Below, in pieces: positions 41,325 through 55,880 of a stretch of DNA of 64,000 nt; within the stretch, counting starts at the first letter, position 1; the number at the start of each line of letters is the position of its first letter. The stretch covers positions 75,888,001-75,952,000 of the forward strand of contig OX597823.1 in NCBI GenBank assembly GCA_951406725.2. The letters run 5' to 3'. Both the position numbers and the translations under genes were made by a program. The notes beneath the pieces are model-generated. The model made no database searches, had not been told where the DNA came from, and saw nothing but the letters and a program-made list of their open reading frames with translations. This DNA comes from Octopus vulgaris. Lineage: Eukaryota.

Positions 41325-41685
41325 AAGGTAGCTAACTGAAAAAGTCGTTAGCCCGACGGCAAAATGCTTGGTGGCATATCGTCCGTCGTCACGTTCTGAG
41401 TTCAAATTTTTCGGGAGTCGGCTTTGCTTTTCATCATTTCGAGATCGATAAAATAAGTGCTAGTTAATCGCTTGGGGCGATATCATCGACTCAGCCCCTC
41501 CCCTAAATTGCTGGACTCGTGCCAAAATATGAAACCAATATTTGCATTGTTAAGACAGCGAAATGCAACACAGTTAACATGCCGGACAAAATGCCTTGAT
41601 GCATCCCGTCCGTCATTACGTTTTCAGTTCATATTCCACTGAGGTCGACTTTATCTTTCATCCTTTTGGGGCAGATAAAAGTAAA
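41325..41685 (+). mobile_element. Two adjacent degenerate SINE family A copies
   Basis: Copies at ~41325-41540 and ~41553-41685. Confidence 0.75.
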
Positions 41686-42051
41686 ATATTAGATGCATAC
41701 AAAACTGCTTCAGTGAACATCGACGGAATAATTACAAATCACCTCAGACATTAAGCTCTAAGATACAACCGTACAAATTTGTACATGCTCCATTGTACGC
41801 TTATGTATACACCTACCCAGTTCTTAAAATGAAAATTTCCTCAGTCAGCAACATGTTCAAGCAACAATTACTTTCATATGTCTGTGCAATTCAGTACCTG
41901 TAAACGTAGACCTGAACGCGTAGACTTGTGTATACACATACATACAGGGTGCGTAAGGCATTTGAGGTATATACTTACACAAAAATGACTTTTAGAAACA
42001 GACAATAATTAAAAAGGTTTTGAGGATTAGAATAAACATTATTACGTAATT

Positions 42052-43521
42052 TTATTCATTAAAGTCTCCTTCAGCTTCAGTAACGACTTATGTTCGAAGT
42101 ACATAAGACCTTGTCATCAAATCTAAGTAGAGACTTCAAACTTGAAATCTTCATAGCCACAATCGAATCAATTCTACGATATGGCTCAGAAACCTGGACG
42201 TTATCAAAGAAGCTTGAGAGGCGGTTGGATGGAACCTACACTCGCTTCCTTATGAGAGCTCAAAATATCTCGTGGAAGCGCCATCCAACCAAAATGCAAA
42301 TATATGGGAAACTACCGCCTGTATCATCTCTTGTGAAAGGTAAGAGAGACCAGTTTGCTGGACATTGTTGTAGAGCTGAAAAAGAGGTGATTTCTATTCT
42401 TCTCCTCTGGAAGCCATCTATCGCAATACCAGAGGGCTCACACCCTCCTACCCTGATGTAATCTCCAGGGATACAGGCATCCAGCAACAGGACCTCCGTA
42501 ATGCCATGATGGACCGTGAAGTCTGGCGTAGCATGGTAAGTCCCATTGTCTCGACCACAAGGATCAAGTGGTTTGTGTACATATTGGGCATTACTCTGAC
42601 TCTGGAGATTCTTAGGCATTCTTTCGTGTTATGAGAGTGCTCATTAACCTCTTTCTCAACTACGCTCCATGCATAGTAGTCGAATATTGAGATCTTGGGA
42701 GTAAGGAGGCGAAATGGTGTGGGTTATGTGGTCATGAAAATTTTCTGCCATCCATTTCTGCGTTGCTGTAGCCTTGTGTGATGGTGCCGTGTCTTGCTGA
42801 AACACATACATCTTCTGTTGCGTACATTATCGATCCATGGCTTAACCACAATATTCAGAACATCTGTGTACGCAGCAGAGTTTACTAAAAGACCTTGTGG
42901 AAAGAAGTGAGAAGGCATTATGTGTCCTTCATTGCCGACAACCCACAAGACCATGAGAGTTGCAGGAACTTTTGTATGCATTACACTTGTAACTTGCTAT
43001 GTGTCATTTCTTCTGTTTACTTTCAGATGACATCTTTCACATCTCAGAATGAGAAGGTTTTTCTAATCTCAGAATAACCAAATGACATCTTTCTCTTTAG
43101 TCATTTAGGTCTGATTAAGCGATTTCCATTCACTGTTTCTGACATGAAATGACTTTTTCTTATCGCATAAGATTTGTATCTGATGGCTTTGTGGACAACA
43201 TTTTGGATTGTTCCTTCTGACACATGATATACTTTTGCAATCAGCTTCATGGATCTTCAGAGTAATTTACTTGTCATCAGAGTAATTTACTTGTTGAGTC
43301 AATTGTGGTGCTCCAATAGTATCAGTGCGTCTACAATGTTTCTTACGTTTTGATAATGGAAATACATTCCTACCTTTAGCCTCCAACTCCTTGCAAAGTT
43401 TGTAGACGAAGGATATAGCGACTTTTAAAAGTCATGCTATTTGTAAATTGCTATGTTCCGCCTGTATAGCCACGATGACTGCGTGCCTCTTAATTTCTTG
43501 TGTAATCATAGGATCTGGCAT
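42052..43521 (-). pseudogene. DD37D transposase pseudogene
   Basis: Starts MPDPMITQEIKRHAVIVAI. Includes MVLWVVGNEGHIMPSHFFPQGL and YVFQQDTAPSHKA...SPPYSQDLN[frameshift]DYYAWSV, which has 37 residues between the two Asp after repairing a 2-nt deletion. Ends EAEGDFNE*. Interrupted by stops, frameshifts and a LINE insertion. Confidence 0.82.
42090..42560 (+). mobile_element. RTE/RTEX-like LINE 3' fragment nested in the transposase
   Basis: ORF 42090-42461: IESILRYGSETWTLSKKLERRLDGTYTRFLMRAQNISWKRH...FAGHC, typical of the RTE-group C-terminus. Confidence 0.82.
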
Positions 43522-43646
43522 AAATAATTCTGAAATTTAGAAAATATTATATTGATAAATATGCTGCCATAATAAAATTAACATTTGTCCTCAAATACAT
43601 TACGCACCCTGTCTATATACATAAATACACACAAACATATATGCAT

Positions 43647-43699
<53 letters not shown>

Positions 43700-44223
43700 T
43701 ATTTATACATATATGTGTGTGTGTGGGCGTGTGTGTATGTGTATATTCATATTATATATATATATATGTTTGTATGCACGAAAGTGTATGAGTTTGCCAG
43801 TGTGGGTACTTACAAATACTTATATTCTGCAGGTGTTTTATGCATAGTCGTTTAGGCATATATATGTACATATGATGGATTAAATTATTTTGAACAATCA
43901 TACACACACACAAACATATAAAGCAGGAACCACTAGTCATGTAACCAGGGAAAGATAAGGTTCCGAAGAAAAATTTTCGAGTCAAATGCAAAAAAAAAAA
44001 AAAGAGTGAACGAATTCATAATAATAAAATTGAACATCGACTGAAAGCAACAATATATTTTTAAAAACCATCAATTTTCGCGATATAAGTTGCTAAACCA
44101 ATTCCTCAGTTACAATACTGCTCCTACATCCGCAGTTCAAAGCTAACGAAAATGATCGCGAGGAATAAGAACTGAAATTTGCCCTCCTTCAAAGACCGAA
44201 TCAAGTATTAATGGATACAGCCC

Positions 44224-44788
<565 letters not shown>

Positions 44789-44793
44789 GCTAG

Positions 44794-44995
44794 TGAAGGC
44801 GCATGGCTCAGTGGTTAGAGCGTCAAGCTTACGATCGTGAGGTTGTGAGCTTGAATCTCGGACCGGGCTCGAATCTCGAATCGGTATGCATGGGCGACTG
44901 CAGATCTTCCATAAACCACCTTGCCCAGACTTGTGACTAGGGGGGTAACTTTCTAGTTGCAATCCCTTGGTCAGTGTCGTGACTAAAGGGGGTCC
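44794..44995 (+). mobile_element. tRNA-headed SINE, internally deleted
   Basis: GGCGCATGGCTCAGTGGTTAGAGCG (A box) and GCTTGAATCTC (B-box-like). The same head fragment occurs at 60562-60600. Confidence 0.65.
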
Positions 44996-45572
44996 CGATT
45001 TATATGGGCTGATTGTTATTCTGCCAAAGTATTGAATTGGCAATTGCGCTTAAAATTGGAATAGAAGAGACGCTCGAAAGTCAGTTATTTGTAAAAAAAA
45101 TTATATTTAGGAAATATTATAACGAGCTAAGAACAATGTGTCCTAGATATGCGAGTTGCCGCCTGACGCAAAATAATGACAACGAATAAGTTTGGGTATA
45201 CAAAACCTCACTGCAAATAACGGAGCGAGTATACAGAGGCGAAGTATTTTAATATAACCGAACTAACCAGTCGTATCTCACAAGTTTGTTGGCCAGTATT
45301 TGCTTTCATATTTCCTGTGAAATTTTCTGTTATTTATCGTGTTTCAGTAGTTTTCTACACATTTATGTGTTGTTATAAATCATTAACTTTTGCTCACCTA
45401 AGTTGGGTAACATTCTTTAGTTCTTCCATCGGCTTCCATTACTTCACTACTCCATTTTGTGCGTATTTGCAACTTCATTATTCAATGTGCATTATTTACT
45501 TACATCTCTTCGATCACGTAGATTATATAACTGGTATTAAACTAAATGCTTAACAATATCTAAAATCTGGAA

Positions 45573-45700
45573 GCAGCGAGCTGGCAGAAACGTTAGCACG
45601 CCCGGCGCTATACTAAGCGGTATTTTGTTTGTCTTTATGTTCTGAGTTCAAATTCTGCCGATATCGACTTTGCATTTCATCCTTTCGGGATCGTTAAATT
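45573..45700 (+). mobile_element. SINE family A 5' fragment
   Basis: GCGAGCTGGCAGAAACGTTAGCACG...GAGTTCAAATTCTGCCG. Confidence 0.85.
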
Positions 45701-45821
45701 GAATTAAATAGCCCGCCATTTTCATAGATATATAAAAATAAACATTCGTACATGCTACGACGAATTCTACGGATGGTTGTCGGGTTTGTAATATTATGTT
45801 TTTCTTATATGTCTCGAGTTC

Positions 45822-45885
45822 GTTGCACTGATGAGCATAGAATGCATATTCTGCATTACTTCTGAAATCACAGAAGATATGTAAC
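45822..45885 (+). ncRNA. Candidate type-I hammerhead ribozyme (independent of family H)
   Basis: GTTGCA-CTGATGA-[gcatag AATGCA tattc TGCATT acttct]-GAAA-TC-acagaa-GA-T-A-TGTAAC. Stem I is 6 bp (one G-U), the core is exact, stem III is AUC/GAU, and the triplet is AUA. The base of stem II is poorly paired. Confidence 0.55.
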
Positions 45886-46084
45886 TAAATTCCTTTTTTT
45901 AAATGATTTGCTTTGAAGTTTTGCATTCGGTACAACTTGTTTATTTTAGTAGTCTTGACCGCAAGGGTCCCTCTAATAGCGTGCGGTATTTATGAATATA
46001 GGTACCCTCTATATAATAGACATATATACATATATATATATATACAAGCGCACATACACATATACATACGTAAACGTACCTGTA

Positions 46085-46373
46085 TTCATGTGGATTTTGC
46101 AGACAGAAGTTGAAAGAAGCCCGTTGTATATATATGTGTGTGTGTATGTATTTCAATGTCTGTGTTTATCCCTTCATCAACTCTTGACAACTGATGTTGG
46201 TGTCCTTACGTTCCTTCCCTGTAAATTACCGCTTCGGCAAAAGTGACTGATAGAATATGTACTAGGCATACAAAGAATAAGTCCTGGTGCCGATTTTTTG
46301 GAATAAAAACAACTTAAGGGTGGTGCTCCAGCATGATCACCATCAAATAACTGAAACAAGTAAAAGAATAAAA
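46085..46373 (+). mobile_element. SINE family B 3' portion, degenerate
   Basis: GAAAGAAGCCCGTTG...TTCGGCAAAAG...GGTGCTCCAGCATG...GAAACAAGTAAAAGA. Confidence 0.82.
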
Positions 46374-46375
46374 TC

Positions 46376-46461
<86 letters not shown>

Positions 46462-49109
46462 ATATATAAACTTGCATGCATGAATATATAAACTCATATG
46501 TATTCATATTTCTCCTAAGCTATCAATATACATATATGCATATATATATATATATATATATATGACTGAAAGCAGTAAAAGTATAAAACAATACGTTCAT
46601 ATGAATGTGTATGTGTGTGTATGTGTGTGTATGTGTGCGTGTGCGTGTGCGCGTGTAAAAACCTTTCCATATCTAACTTGATTTTGCTGAGATATATCAC
46701 TTGATACTCATGCAGAAGCTTCCTTTTGCTAGTCTACTATTTTGAATCCTAATATATATTTTTAGTGTCCGTCTGCTTGTTTTAATCATATAAATGTTTT
46801 CTTCGCTCTCGCACTCATAATCGTGTTCTGACTCACCCCCTATTTTTTGTTTCTTACTTTGAAAACCAGAAACATATTTTTACTACTTATGCAGTTTTGT
46901 GTATAGTTTCTATCTTATAAGTTACTAAACATAAAGGATATCATGCAGCAACATTCTACGATATCATTATAGTTGCACTACGTTTACATATTCTTTGTAG
47001 ATACAGTTTTTCACTGCTTTCAAGTAGGTACAAACTATAAATACCTCACTATATATAATCTTTCTTTTAAGCTTTTTAATGGTATATCCTAAATACCGTC
47101 ATTGTTTTCCTGTCTAGTTCTAACAATTCGTTTACTTCCTGCTCACAATATAAGTATAACCTATAACTGAAACAGCTGCAACTGTTGTTCTCGACATTAC
47201 AGACTTCTCGTGATTATTCATTCACATTTCCGAAGGCTGTTGCAATCGCTCTTGTTGTCTGATTGTAAGTCAACGTCTATGGAACATACAAATTGTCAAA
47301 TGCATATAATCCGTGACCATAAAATCTTTTTCCAGTTCTATCTAGGTCTACATTATTGAATACGCCTTTTCATGATGATTCATTGTGGTTTGTAGGAGAG
47401 TTCGTAGTTATTTCATTTTCATTATTTCTTCATATAATTCTCTAAGGGATGTCTTGAACCACTATATAATGGCTCAGATATATTCTACTGTCTTCCATGA
47501 TTTTCTATCCTCACGATAAGGTCAAATAGTATTCTCTCACTTAAGCATGCAAAATTATTTCTTTCAGTTCCGTACTTTCTCTTTACTTTTCCGGTTTAAT
47601 AATGCTTGCTTCAGTTATAATAATCTGTTTCCATTTTTATTCCTCTTCCTGTCGTTTTATTGGTTCGAATCAGATAAGCGCTGAACGAATACGAGCACGT
47701 TCAAAATCGTTTCTTCCATTGCCATCACATATAATTGTAGACCATAGATAATGATGGTTATTATGTTGCTTTTTAAATATAGTATGATGTGGTTTAATGT
47801 CGGTTTGGCAGGTATTTCTGCAAACATAATCAAGAACGTTGGTTCTTCTTTACTGGCTCATCAAGTGAAGACCATTCTTTTGATTCTATTCCCATTTGTA
47901 ACTCTACCAACATTATCTAATATTTGTTAGATGGTTCGACACGAAGATTATGTAGCTGCTCCCTATTGTCTGTCGAGCGACAAATTTGAAACACCCTTGT
48001 TGAATTGTTGTTTCTTCTCTTTGCACGATCGGTCACTGTTCATTCTGATGTGCCTTATTTATAAAATGTATCCAGAGTATTATTATTCTCGTTACAATGA
48101 TTGCTATTATCACTACTATACGTAAACCGTAATAATCATGTGTTTGCTGTTCATATTGGCCCTACTCTAGTACCATCTGTTTAGATTAATATTGTTATTT
48201 GGTAATTATTCCCAATACTCGGATAATTTATATATTCTCCCGTTTTTGTTTGGAAGATGGTGTCCCACTACTGCAGTTGTGGGGGAAATCTCCAGCTAAT
48301 CACTTTGCAACCGTATTGAAATATTGACGTGCGTTTTTCTCCTACAGATAACAGCAGATAATGCACAGAAATATGAGTATATTAAGCTGAACCCTTTTTC
48401 CGTTCACTCTATATTGTATAGTGATAGAATATGTCCGAGTTCAGAAGTATATTAGGAAAGCTATAGTTGATTAACACCTCTTACAACTCTTTCATCGATC
48501 TCTTAATAGATCTTATGCAATGTTCTCATTAGAGATATTTGAATTAATATTGCAATATATTTTATCCACTGCTCAATTAATCTTTCGTGTATTGCTCTTC
48601 TAATAAGCGTTTGTGATAATACCATAAGGTTATAATTTAGTAATTATTTTATCTGCACCAGAAATATAAAGCAGAATTATCATATCGGCAGGGTGAGAAT
48701 TTAGGCTATAAAGAAATGGTAAATAGATAGCTCGGAACTATCCATCACCAATGCTTTACCCATGGCAAAACTGACAGTAAAAGTAATGGTTTCTAAAGTA
48801 GGCTCATAGCCACATATTTACTGTGTGAGAGCACTCAATTATATGCAGGTATTGCCATTTATTTTATGGATCTAGAAAAGATGAGAGACATTTAGTGTTA
48901 AAATAAATTGCAATTGTGTTTCAGCCTCAGAAGGAGAGAAATACAGTTAGACTAAGGTGAAATTGAATTTTGAGCTCAGGACTGTAACCATTTCTACATT
49001 TTAGATATAATAAAAACAAATGAAACAAAGTCGATTCCTCAGCACGGACGCATCCTTTAATTGGAATATGTAAAATGTGAAGCAAAACTAAAAAGGAAAT
49101 GAAAAGCGT

Positions 49110-49246
<137 letters not shown>

Positions 49247-49844
49247 TATATGAAGAGTTATATGAAATGAGGTGAGGATGATAAACATCAAATGGGTAAC
49301 CATCTAATAATTTAAACAGCCCAACGTTATGAAAAACGCTTAAAATTTAAGCAAAGTATCGTTAAAATACTCTCATTTATGAGATATTAAATCTCATTCC
49401 TTCTAAAATTTTCCAACTCGTCGTATACCTACGTCAGATGCGTTATTCAGTAAGGGTCGACGAGTTGTTTACTTGTCGATGCAAGCAATTGTTACTCCCG
49501 ATATAGTTCTTCAAATTCTTAGCATATATTCATTTTGTGTTCTCTACATTTGGGCTATTTTTTTTGGTTTTGTCGCTCATAAATGGCTAACCTTATCCCG
49601 CAGAGAACGAAAAAGTCATGCGATTTTCTTGTGTTGTACCTTGCAATTATTTGTTCCTTTAACCTTTGATTGGTTTTTATTCCCATGTTTGTGTATCAGT
49701 TTACCTTTTTGTTACATTCGCCTAATTAATTGCTCTTTTTTTTTGCACTTAATTGCGGTGCCATATGATGGAATAGTACTGCTGGGGATGCGAAATATTT
49801 TCACTCTTTCTGTCTGTATAATTAACGAGTGACCCCTCGTATGA

Positions 49845-50327
49845 ACGATGGATCTGACTTGCCTTCATCTTTACCAAAAAGTTTGAGGGCATCCATGAAT
49901 AACAAATGGTTGACTTTTTGCTGGCTGCTTTTGAATACATACCCAACTTTTGCTTTCCTCAGAATCAGTGTCAGTGGTATCAAGCACAGTACAAAGATCA
50001 GTGAGGATAGGCAGTCTCCTTGGAAGATGCCCTTCCCAGTTTCTACTCTCCCTAAGCTTCTTCCATATGCTGTCAGGTCCGTCCTCCATTTCACCATACT
50101 TTTTCCAAGTAATCGGTCAACATTCAATGCAATCCCAAATAGGTTCATACACTCCATAATCCAAGAATGTGGGATCATATCGTCTGCCTTACGATAGTCG
50201 ATCCATGACATGGCTATGTTGCTTTTTCTCTTCTATCATCTCTGAGTACAGCTTTATCTATCAGAAGTTGATCCTTGGTACCTCTGCATTTACGCTGGCA
50301 ACCCTTCTGCTCATGTGGCAGGACTCC

Positions 50328-50328
<1 letters not shown>
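49845..50328 (-). pseudogene. R4/Dong-like RT fragment (same subfamily as 30384-32245)
   Basis: [57 protein letters not shown]. Confidence 0.9.
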
Positions 50329-50370
<42 letters not shown>

Positions 50371-50377
50371 GATATTA

Positions 50378-50465
<88 letters not shown>

Positions 50466-50476
50466 CATTATTATTA

Positions 50477-50538
<62 letters not shown>
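50329..50538. repeat. (ATT)n microsatellite
   Basis: Direct inspection. Confidence 0.97.
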
Positions 50539-50540
<2 letters not shown>

Positions 50541-50625
50541 GGCGCCGTGATTGTAGAATCCTTAGCACGCCGGACAAAATGGTTAGCGGTATTTCGTCCG
50601 ACTTTACTTTCTGAGTTCAAATTCC
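50539..50625 (+). mobile_element. SINE family A head fragment
   Basis: AAGGCGCCG...TTAGCACGCCGGACAAAATGGTTAGCGGTATTTCG...GAGTTCAAATTCC. Confidence 0.8.
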
Positions 50626-53600
50626 ATACAGGATTCTTTAAACTCGTTCTTTTTTTATCCGTTTATTAGCTTCCGAATGACAGCTGAGGCCACGCTGGAA
50701 CACCGCCAGGAATTTGTACTGCTTTAAGTGTACTTTAGTGAATAAAAGTACATTATACGTCTGCTCTGATTCGCGTTCCTTGCACTGATGTCGATTCGTC
50801 TGGAACTGCATATAGTAGGTAATCCATTAGTTAGTTGAATACATCTACATCCACTGCCTGTAGAGTTCTCACTTTTTGTGACAAGTTATTAAATCCTTTG
50901 AAGCTTAAGGTTCTGCGAAATATGGCCTCGATTTCCCAAGACGACAATTTGATCTTCAGAACTTGCAACGCTGACCAATTCAACGCGTTCTAGACTTCTG
51001 CATGTCGTAATTTCGAACTTGCATAACATTTGAGAATAGTACATTTTACTCTATATTGCAGCGACACGTTCGGGAAGTGGTATAACTTTCTATGCCGAAT
51101 TTTGACAGCAGCCCTTCAAGTTTCTGAAGAATTTGAAAATCAATTGCTTATCAGAGTAACAGCCATCTCCATTTAGACTTAGACATTCCGTTGAACATTC
51201 TGACTAGTGTCAGGCAATTTTATGATAATAGTAGTTGTATCTAGATTAAAATATATGAAGAAAAATTTCCTTGGCAGCTATCAACAACTGATAAACATGA
51301 ATTAATATTCACAAAAGATACGGTTGTGATGTCTTTACAGTATTTGTCTCTCAGATCTGTAATCAATCTTTACTTGAATAATTTTTCAAATTCTCGGAAC
51401 ATATCCATCAAATTCTGAAATACTTCCACACGGCAAAATGTATTCAAGTATTTAAGTAGTAGTTATGCACAGGTGAAACTATTGATTCTTTATATTCACG
51501 TGAAGAATAGTTAGTTATAACATCACTTTTGACATTTGTGGAAACAGATTTGCAAATAAATATTTACGTATATTTCTATTTGAGCATATGCAGCTGCTTT
51601 TGAAATCTTTTCTGATAAGCTTCGAAAGGGGATATAGCATTTGCAACTGAACTGTTCAGTAATTGTAGGTTATTGGTTTAAAAGTTGATAACGAGTGCAT
51701 AATGATTGTTGATTTATATTAACGTATTCGATATATGACATATGGGTGCTGAATCTTTCGCTAAAATCTGACAAAATAATATGCAAGATATATCGCATAG
51801 TTCTATAAAAGAAAAAGAGAATAATTTATACAACTAACCATTGAATTTCTTGAACAACGGGAAAAATTGCTTACAGCCATAATTAAAATTGACTTATTAT
51901 TGAAGTGATTTTCTTCGTATAAAGAATGTTAACAACATTAACTGACAGTCATCAAATCTCATAACTCGTTTTGTCATATCGAGAATATTGAAACAGTGCT
52001 TCCTTGAATTATAATCTAAAGCATAGTAAATTTATTCATTTTCAGGTTTACCGACTGAAGTATTTAATATCAACGCTGTATACAACCTCTTGAAAACACT
52101 AGGTATTATAGCGTAAGTATTGATTCTACCAATAAATTGCTCTAGATGTGGTATTGATTTGCAGCTATTTAAACCGCAGTAGCAAATAAATGTTTTGGCT
52201 GCAGATATATTTCTGTAAAAGGTGACAGAATATCAATAATTTGATAACTACCGACAGATCACAATTGGGTATTAAGGGTATATAAACCACAATCGTCAAT
52301 CACAGAATTAGGTAAACTTCTGGTTAAAATGGTATGAGCATATTAATTTATATTTCTTTATATTCTAATCCAAACACATTCTGTTGACATATACAGTTTA
52401 ACAAAAGACCTAAATAGTTCATTAATTAGGGTCGTGTTACACAAAAGTTAATAGACTCAAGTATCTTTTACCTATTCAATATTACAATAACAAGATCCTT
52501 AGATACCATGACGGTGCAATTAAACAGTACCTTGGCATTATTAATTAACAAATCGCTTACACATATTCTCAGGATCAATGAAAATTAAAACTAAATGTTT
52601 TAGTGCAAATATATATATGAATCGCCATTTTATATATAACGAAAATATTAACGATGTATATTTTACTTCGTTCAAATTTTCCTTACGTCTAAGTATCAGT
52701 GTCTCATTTAGTGTTCTCTTCTAAACCAATTGTTCTGCTAGCAAATAAAGGAAAATGCTATTAAATGAGGGGTAACTTTCATTAAAAAAAAATCTAGGGT
52801 ACAGAAAATAAAGTATTTCCGTATCGTAATGCATCAAAGTCACGAAGGAGCTGGGGCTAAACAACATCAGCAAACACTTCAGTCAAAAGAATTTAGTTAT
52901 TTCAACTTAAAATTTAGTCGTATATTTTTTCCTGCTTGGCTTTATCTGCAACAAATATTACTGAATTATGAAACTATATACAATATTTACATTCTGAAAC
53001 ATATCTCTCACTGATAACCCCCTTGCAATATTGTATAGTGCAGCAGATATTTAAAGTGATCTTCGTCTCTTACATAGAAAAACCTCCCTTGTAATATTTA
53101 CTCGCCAACTAACTGTAGCATTTTATTTCACTGATTGAGTCAGAAAGAAAAGTTCAGTGCCAAAAAATTTTCTTTCTTATTTACCTCTTTTAAAATTTTG
53201 TTTAGGTGTGATTAGAAGTCTAACAAAACAAAAACAGGATGCCTGCTCCGAATGATAGCAATAATGGAATCTTATAATGATACTTGCCAGTCTTTTAAAT
53301 ATAGGAGATACACTAAATCCAACTGCCTGCAGTATAGTTTTCATTTATCCAGTTTCAGTCATGATTTTGGACAACCCGAGGCTATATTTCAAGATGCATG
53401 ATCAAGATCATGTACAACAGGATTGGACTTGGTTCCACAGGATTACAAAACGATTGTCTTCACTCAAATGGAATCCCTGAACAAATAAAAGTTATTACTC
53501 AATGTTCTGAATATCAATTTTAAAGATAACATTTAAAAAAAAAGTATTCTTTCGTTATGCATGAGACTGGGACAGCTTATGTAGGCAAAATAAAATGTTC

Positions 53601-53954
53601 ACTGCCACTAGCGTCTGCTCTTTGCAGGAGCGATCTGAGTGTCTTGTAGAACATCTTCACATGATGTTTTCACATCAGTTTTAATTATATCAACTTTAAT
53701 AAGTATTAAACATTAAATTAATGAGTATTGGTGAACACCATACAGATTAGGACAAAACAATTTGCAGCACTTTCTAATACTACTTTAAATCCTTACTTCA
53801 AATGTCTTAGATTTTGGTCTTTGCCTTTCATCTTACCAAGAAAATATTATCCTAAGCACTCATGTCTGTGAGTGATATGTATAAATATGTAACCTCTGCA
53901 TAAAATGTGAGGTCGTGAGACTGTTAGAAAATAATCTCGCTTTTCTATCTTTTT

Positions 53955-54329
53955 TAATATAGCCACAGGGACTGAAATTTCGGAGACAGGGATAAGTCGA
54001 CTACATTGAGACCAGTGTCTAACTAATAATTATTTCATCGACCTCGAAAGGATGAACAGCAAAGTCAAGTGAACTCAGGACGCAGATGCGGGCGAAATGC
54101 CTATTTCTTTATAACCCACAAGGAGCTAAACACAGAGAGGACAAACAAGGACAGACAAACAGATTAAGTCGAGTATATCGACCCCAGTGCGTAAGTGGTA
54201 CTTAATTTATCGACCCCGAAAGGATGAAAGTCAAAGTCAACCTTGGCGGAATTAGAACTCAGAACGTAACAGCAGACAAAATACCGCTAAGCATTTCACC
54301 CGGCGTGCTAACGTTTCGGCCAACTCGCC
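53955..54329 (-). mobile_element. SINE family A dimer
   Basis: Head at 54329, a full unit, then a second unit with the alternative tail. Confidence 0.85.
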
Positions 54330-55044
54330 AACTCACTGTTAGAAAATAATATAGACTTTATGCTTGTAGTCATATAGCAGTTTGTTTGCATATTCAGAAT
54401 CTAAAAAACTGAAGTCGATAATAATAATAAAATTAAATAATTCAGTTTTAGATTCACTACTGTTAAATATAGGAGGCAATGGCTACGTTTTACGCATGTT
54501 GACCATAAACCATTTTTATTAGTGTTGAACAATGGCTGAAGAGCAATAAATATTACGCGCCACCATATGTTAGTTATCAACTATAGCTAAGCAAGATGTT
54601 TTTATAATGTTTATATTGTCAAAGCACAATAATTGTGGTCTATTATAATTCTTGTATAATGAAAACATTTTACAAAGAAAACCATTTCTTAACATAGGCG
54701 TCAGCTCTAGGTCACAGTTATGTTTAGAATATGTGAATAGCTGGAGTAACTATTATGTGTACGATGTTCAAGTATTTTTATATATTATTCATTTTCTTTA
54801 CATTTTTTTTGCAAATTGTGGAAACGTCTTTGTCTAAATTAACTAATGCAATACTGTCATCACCTATTTTATCTATCTTCTAGAGAAGACAACTAACTTA
54901 ACAGACACACAGACGAGCTTTTCTAGTTTGTAAACGTATACCATAAGAGAGCTTGAGGATTTAGAAATAGTACAATATCTCAGCCGTCAAACACGAAACA
55001 GATACACATATAAACACACACGCACACATATTTGTATACAGATG

Positions 55045-55139
<95 letters not shown>

Positions 55140-55216
55140 GTATATAAATGCATATATATATAACTAAATCTCTCTCTATATACGCATATATGTATATATA
55201 TGTATATATATTTATG

Positions 55217-55286
<70 letters not shown>

Positions 55287-55289
<3 letters not shown>

Positions 55290-55880
55290 AATACTGCTGT
55301 CCACTGTGGTCTCCCTACACAAAACAAAATATTATGAGAATCGAAGCTCCCCAAAGGTCAATCACAAAAAAGATAGATGGCATGTCAGACCTTGACTACT
55401 GGGGTAGACTAGAGAAGCTGAAATTGTATTCACTCCAACGACGCCGTGAACGCTACATTATCTGTATGATGTGGAAAATATTCCATCAGCACTGTCCGAA
55501 TGATGTTGGCATCACCTTCAAAATGCATCCAAGGCTTGGACCACGTGCCATCCGTCCACAACAAAAATCTAAATCGCATCACATAACGACAATACGGCAC
55601 AACTATTTCACCTCAATTGGACCCGCTCTCTTCAACATTACACTAGGACACGTCAAAAAAGAAACTGACCACACAAAATTCAAGAAGTCTTTGGACAAAT
55701 TCCTTCAAACAGTACCGGACAAACCACCCACACCCGGATATGTCTCCGCAAACAATAACTCTCTGCTCGAATGGGCCTTGGTGCCCAAATCCTGAACTGA
55801 AAGACTTCGCCAGGTGGTGCTATTAAGTTAGACATGGCCTGGGCCAATACTGGCCAAAAACTTTTCTAAGTTATTCTAAG

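Larger units (their letters stand above)
41945..43611 (-). mobile_element. Tc1/mariner-superfamily DNA transposon, DD37D (maT-type), decayed
   Basis: TIRs: TA|CAGGGTGCGTAAGGCATTTGAGG on the left and CCTCAAATACATTACGCACCCTG|TC on the right, enclosing a transposase remnant. Confidence 0.85.

Noticed and set aside
50915-50962. Minus-strand CTGAAGA...GAAATCGA hammerhead-like match (similar weak hits near 44105, 51124 and 57490)
   Set aside because: No stem I or UH triplet in register; expected by chance.
52048-52104. Possible 57-nt symmetric exon (LPTEVFNINAVYNLLKTL)
   Set aside because: Weak donor (GTATTA), AT-rich composition and no recognisable homology.
55148-55795. 215-aa ORF as a host gene
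   Set aside because: The N-terminus is (TA)n read-through fused to a CR1-like LINE C-terminus.
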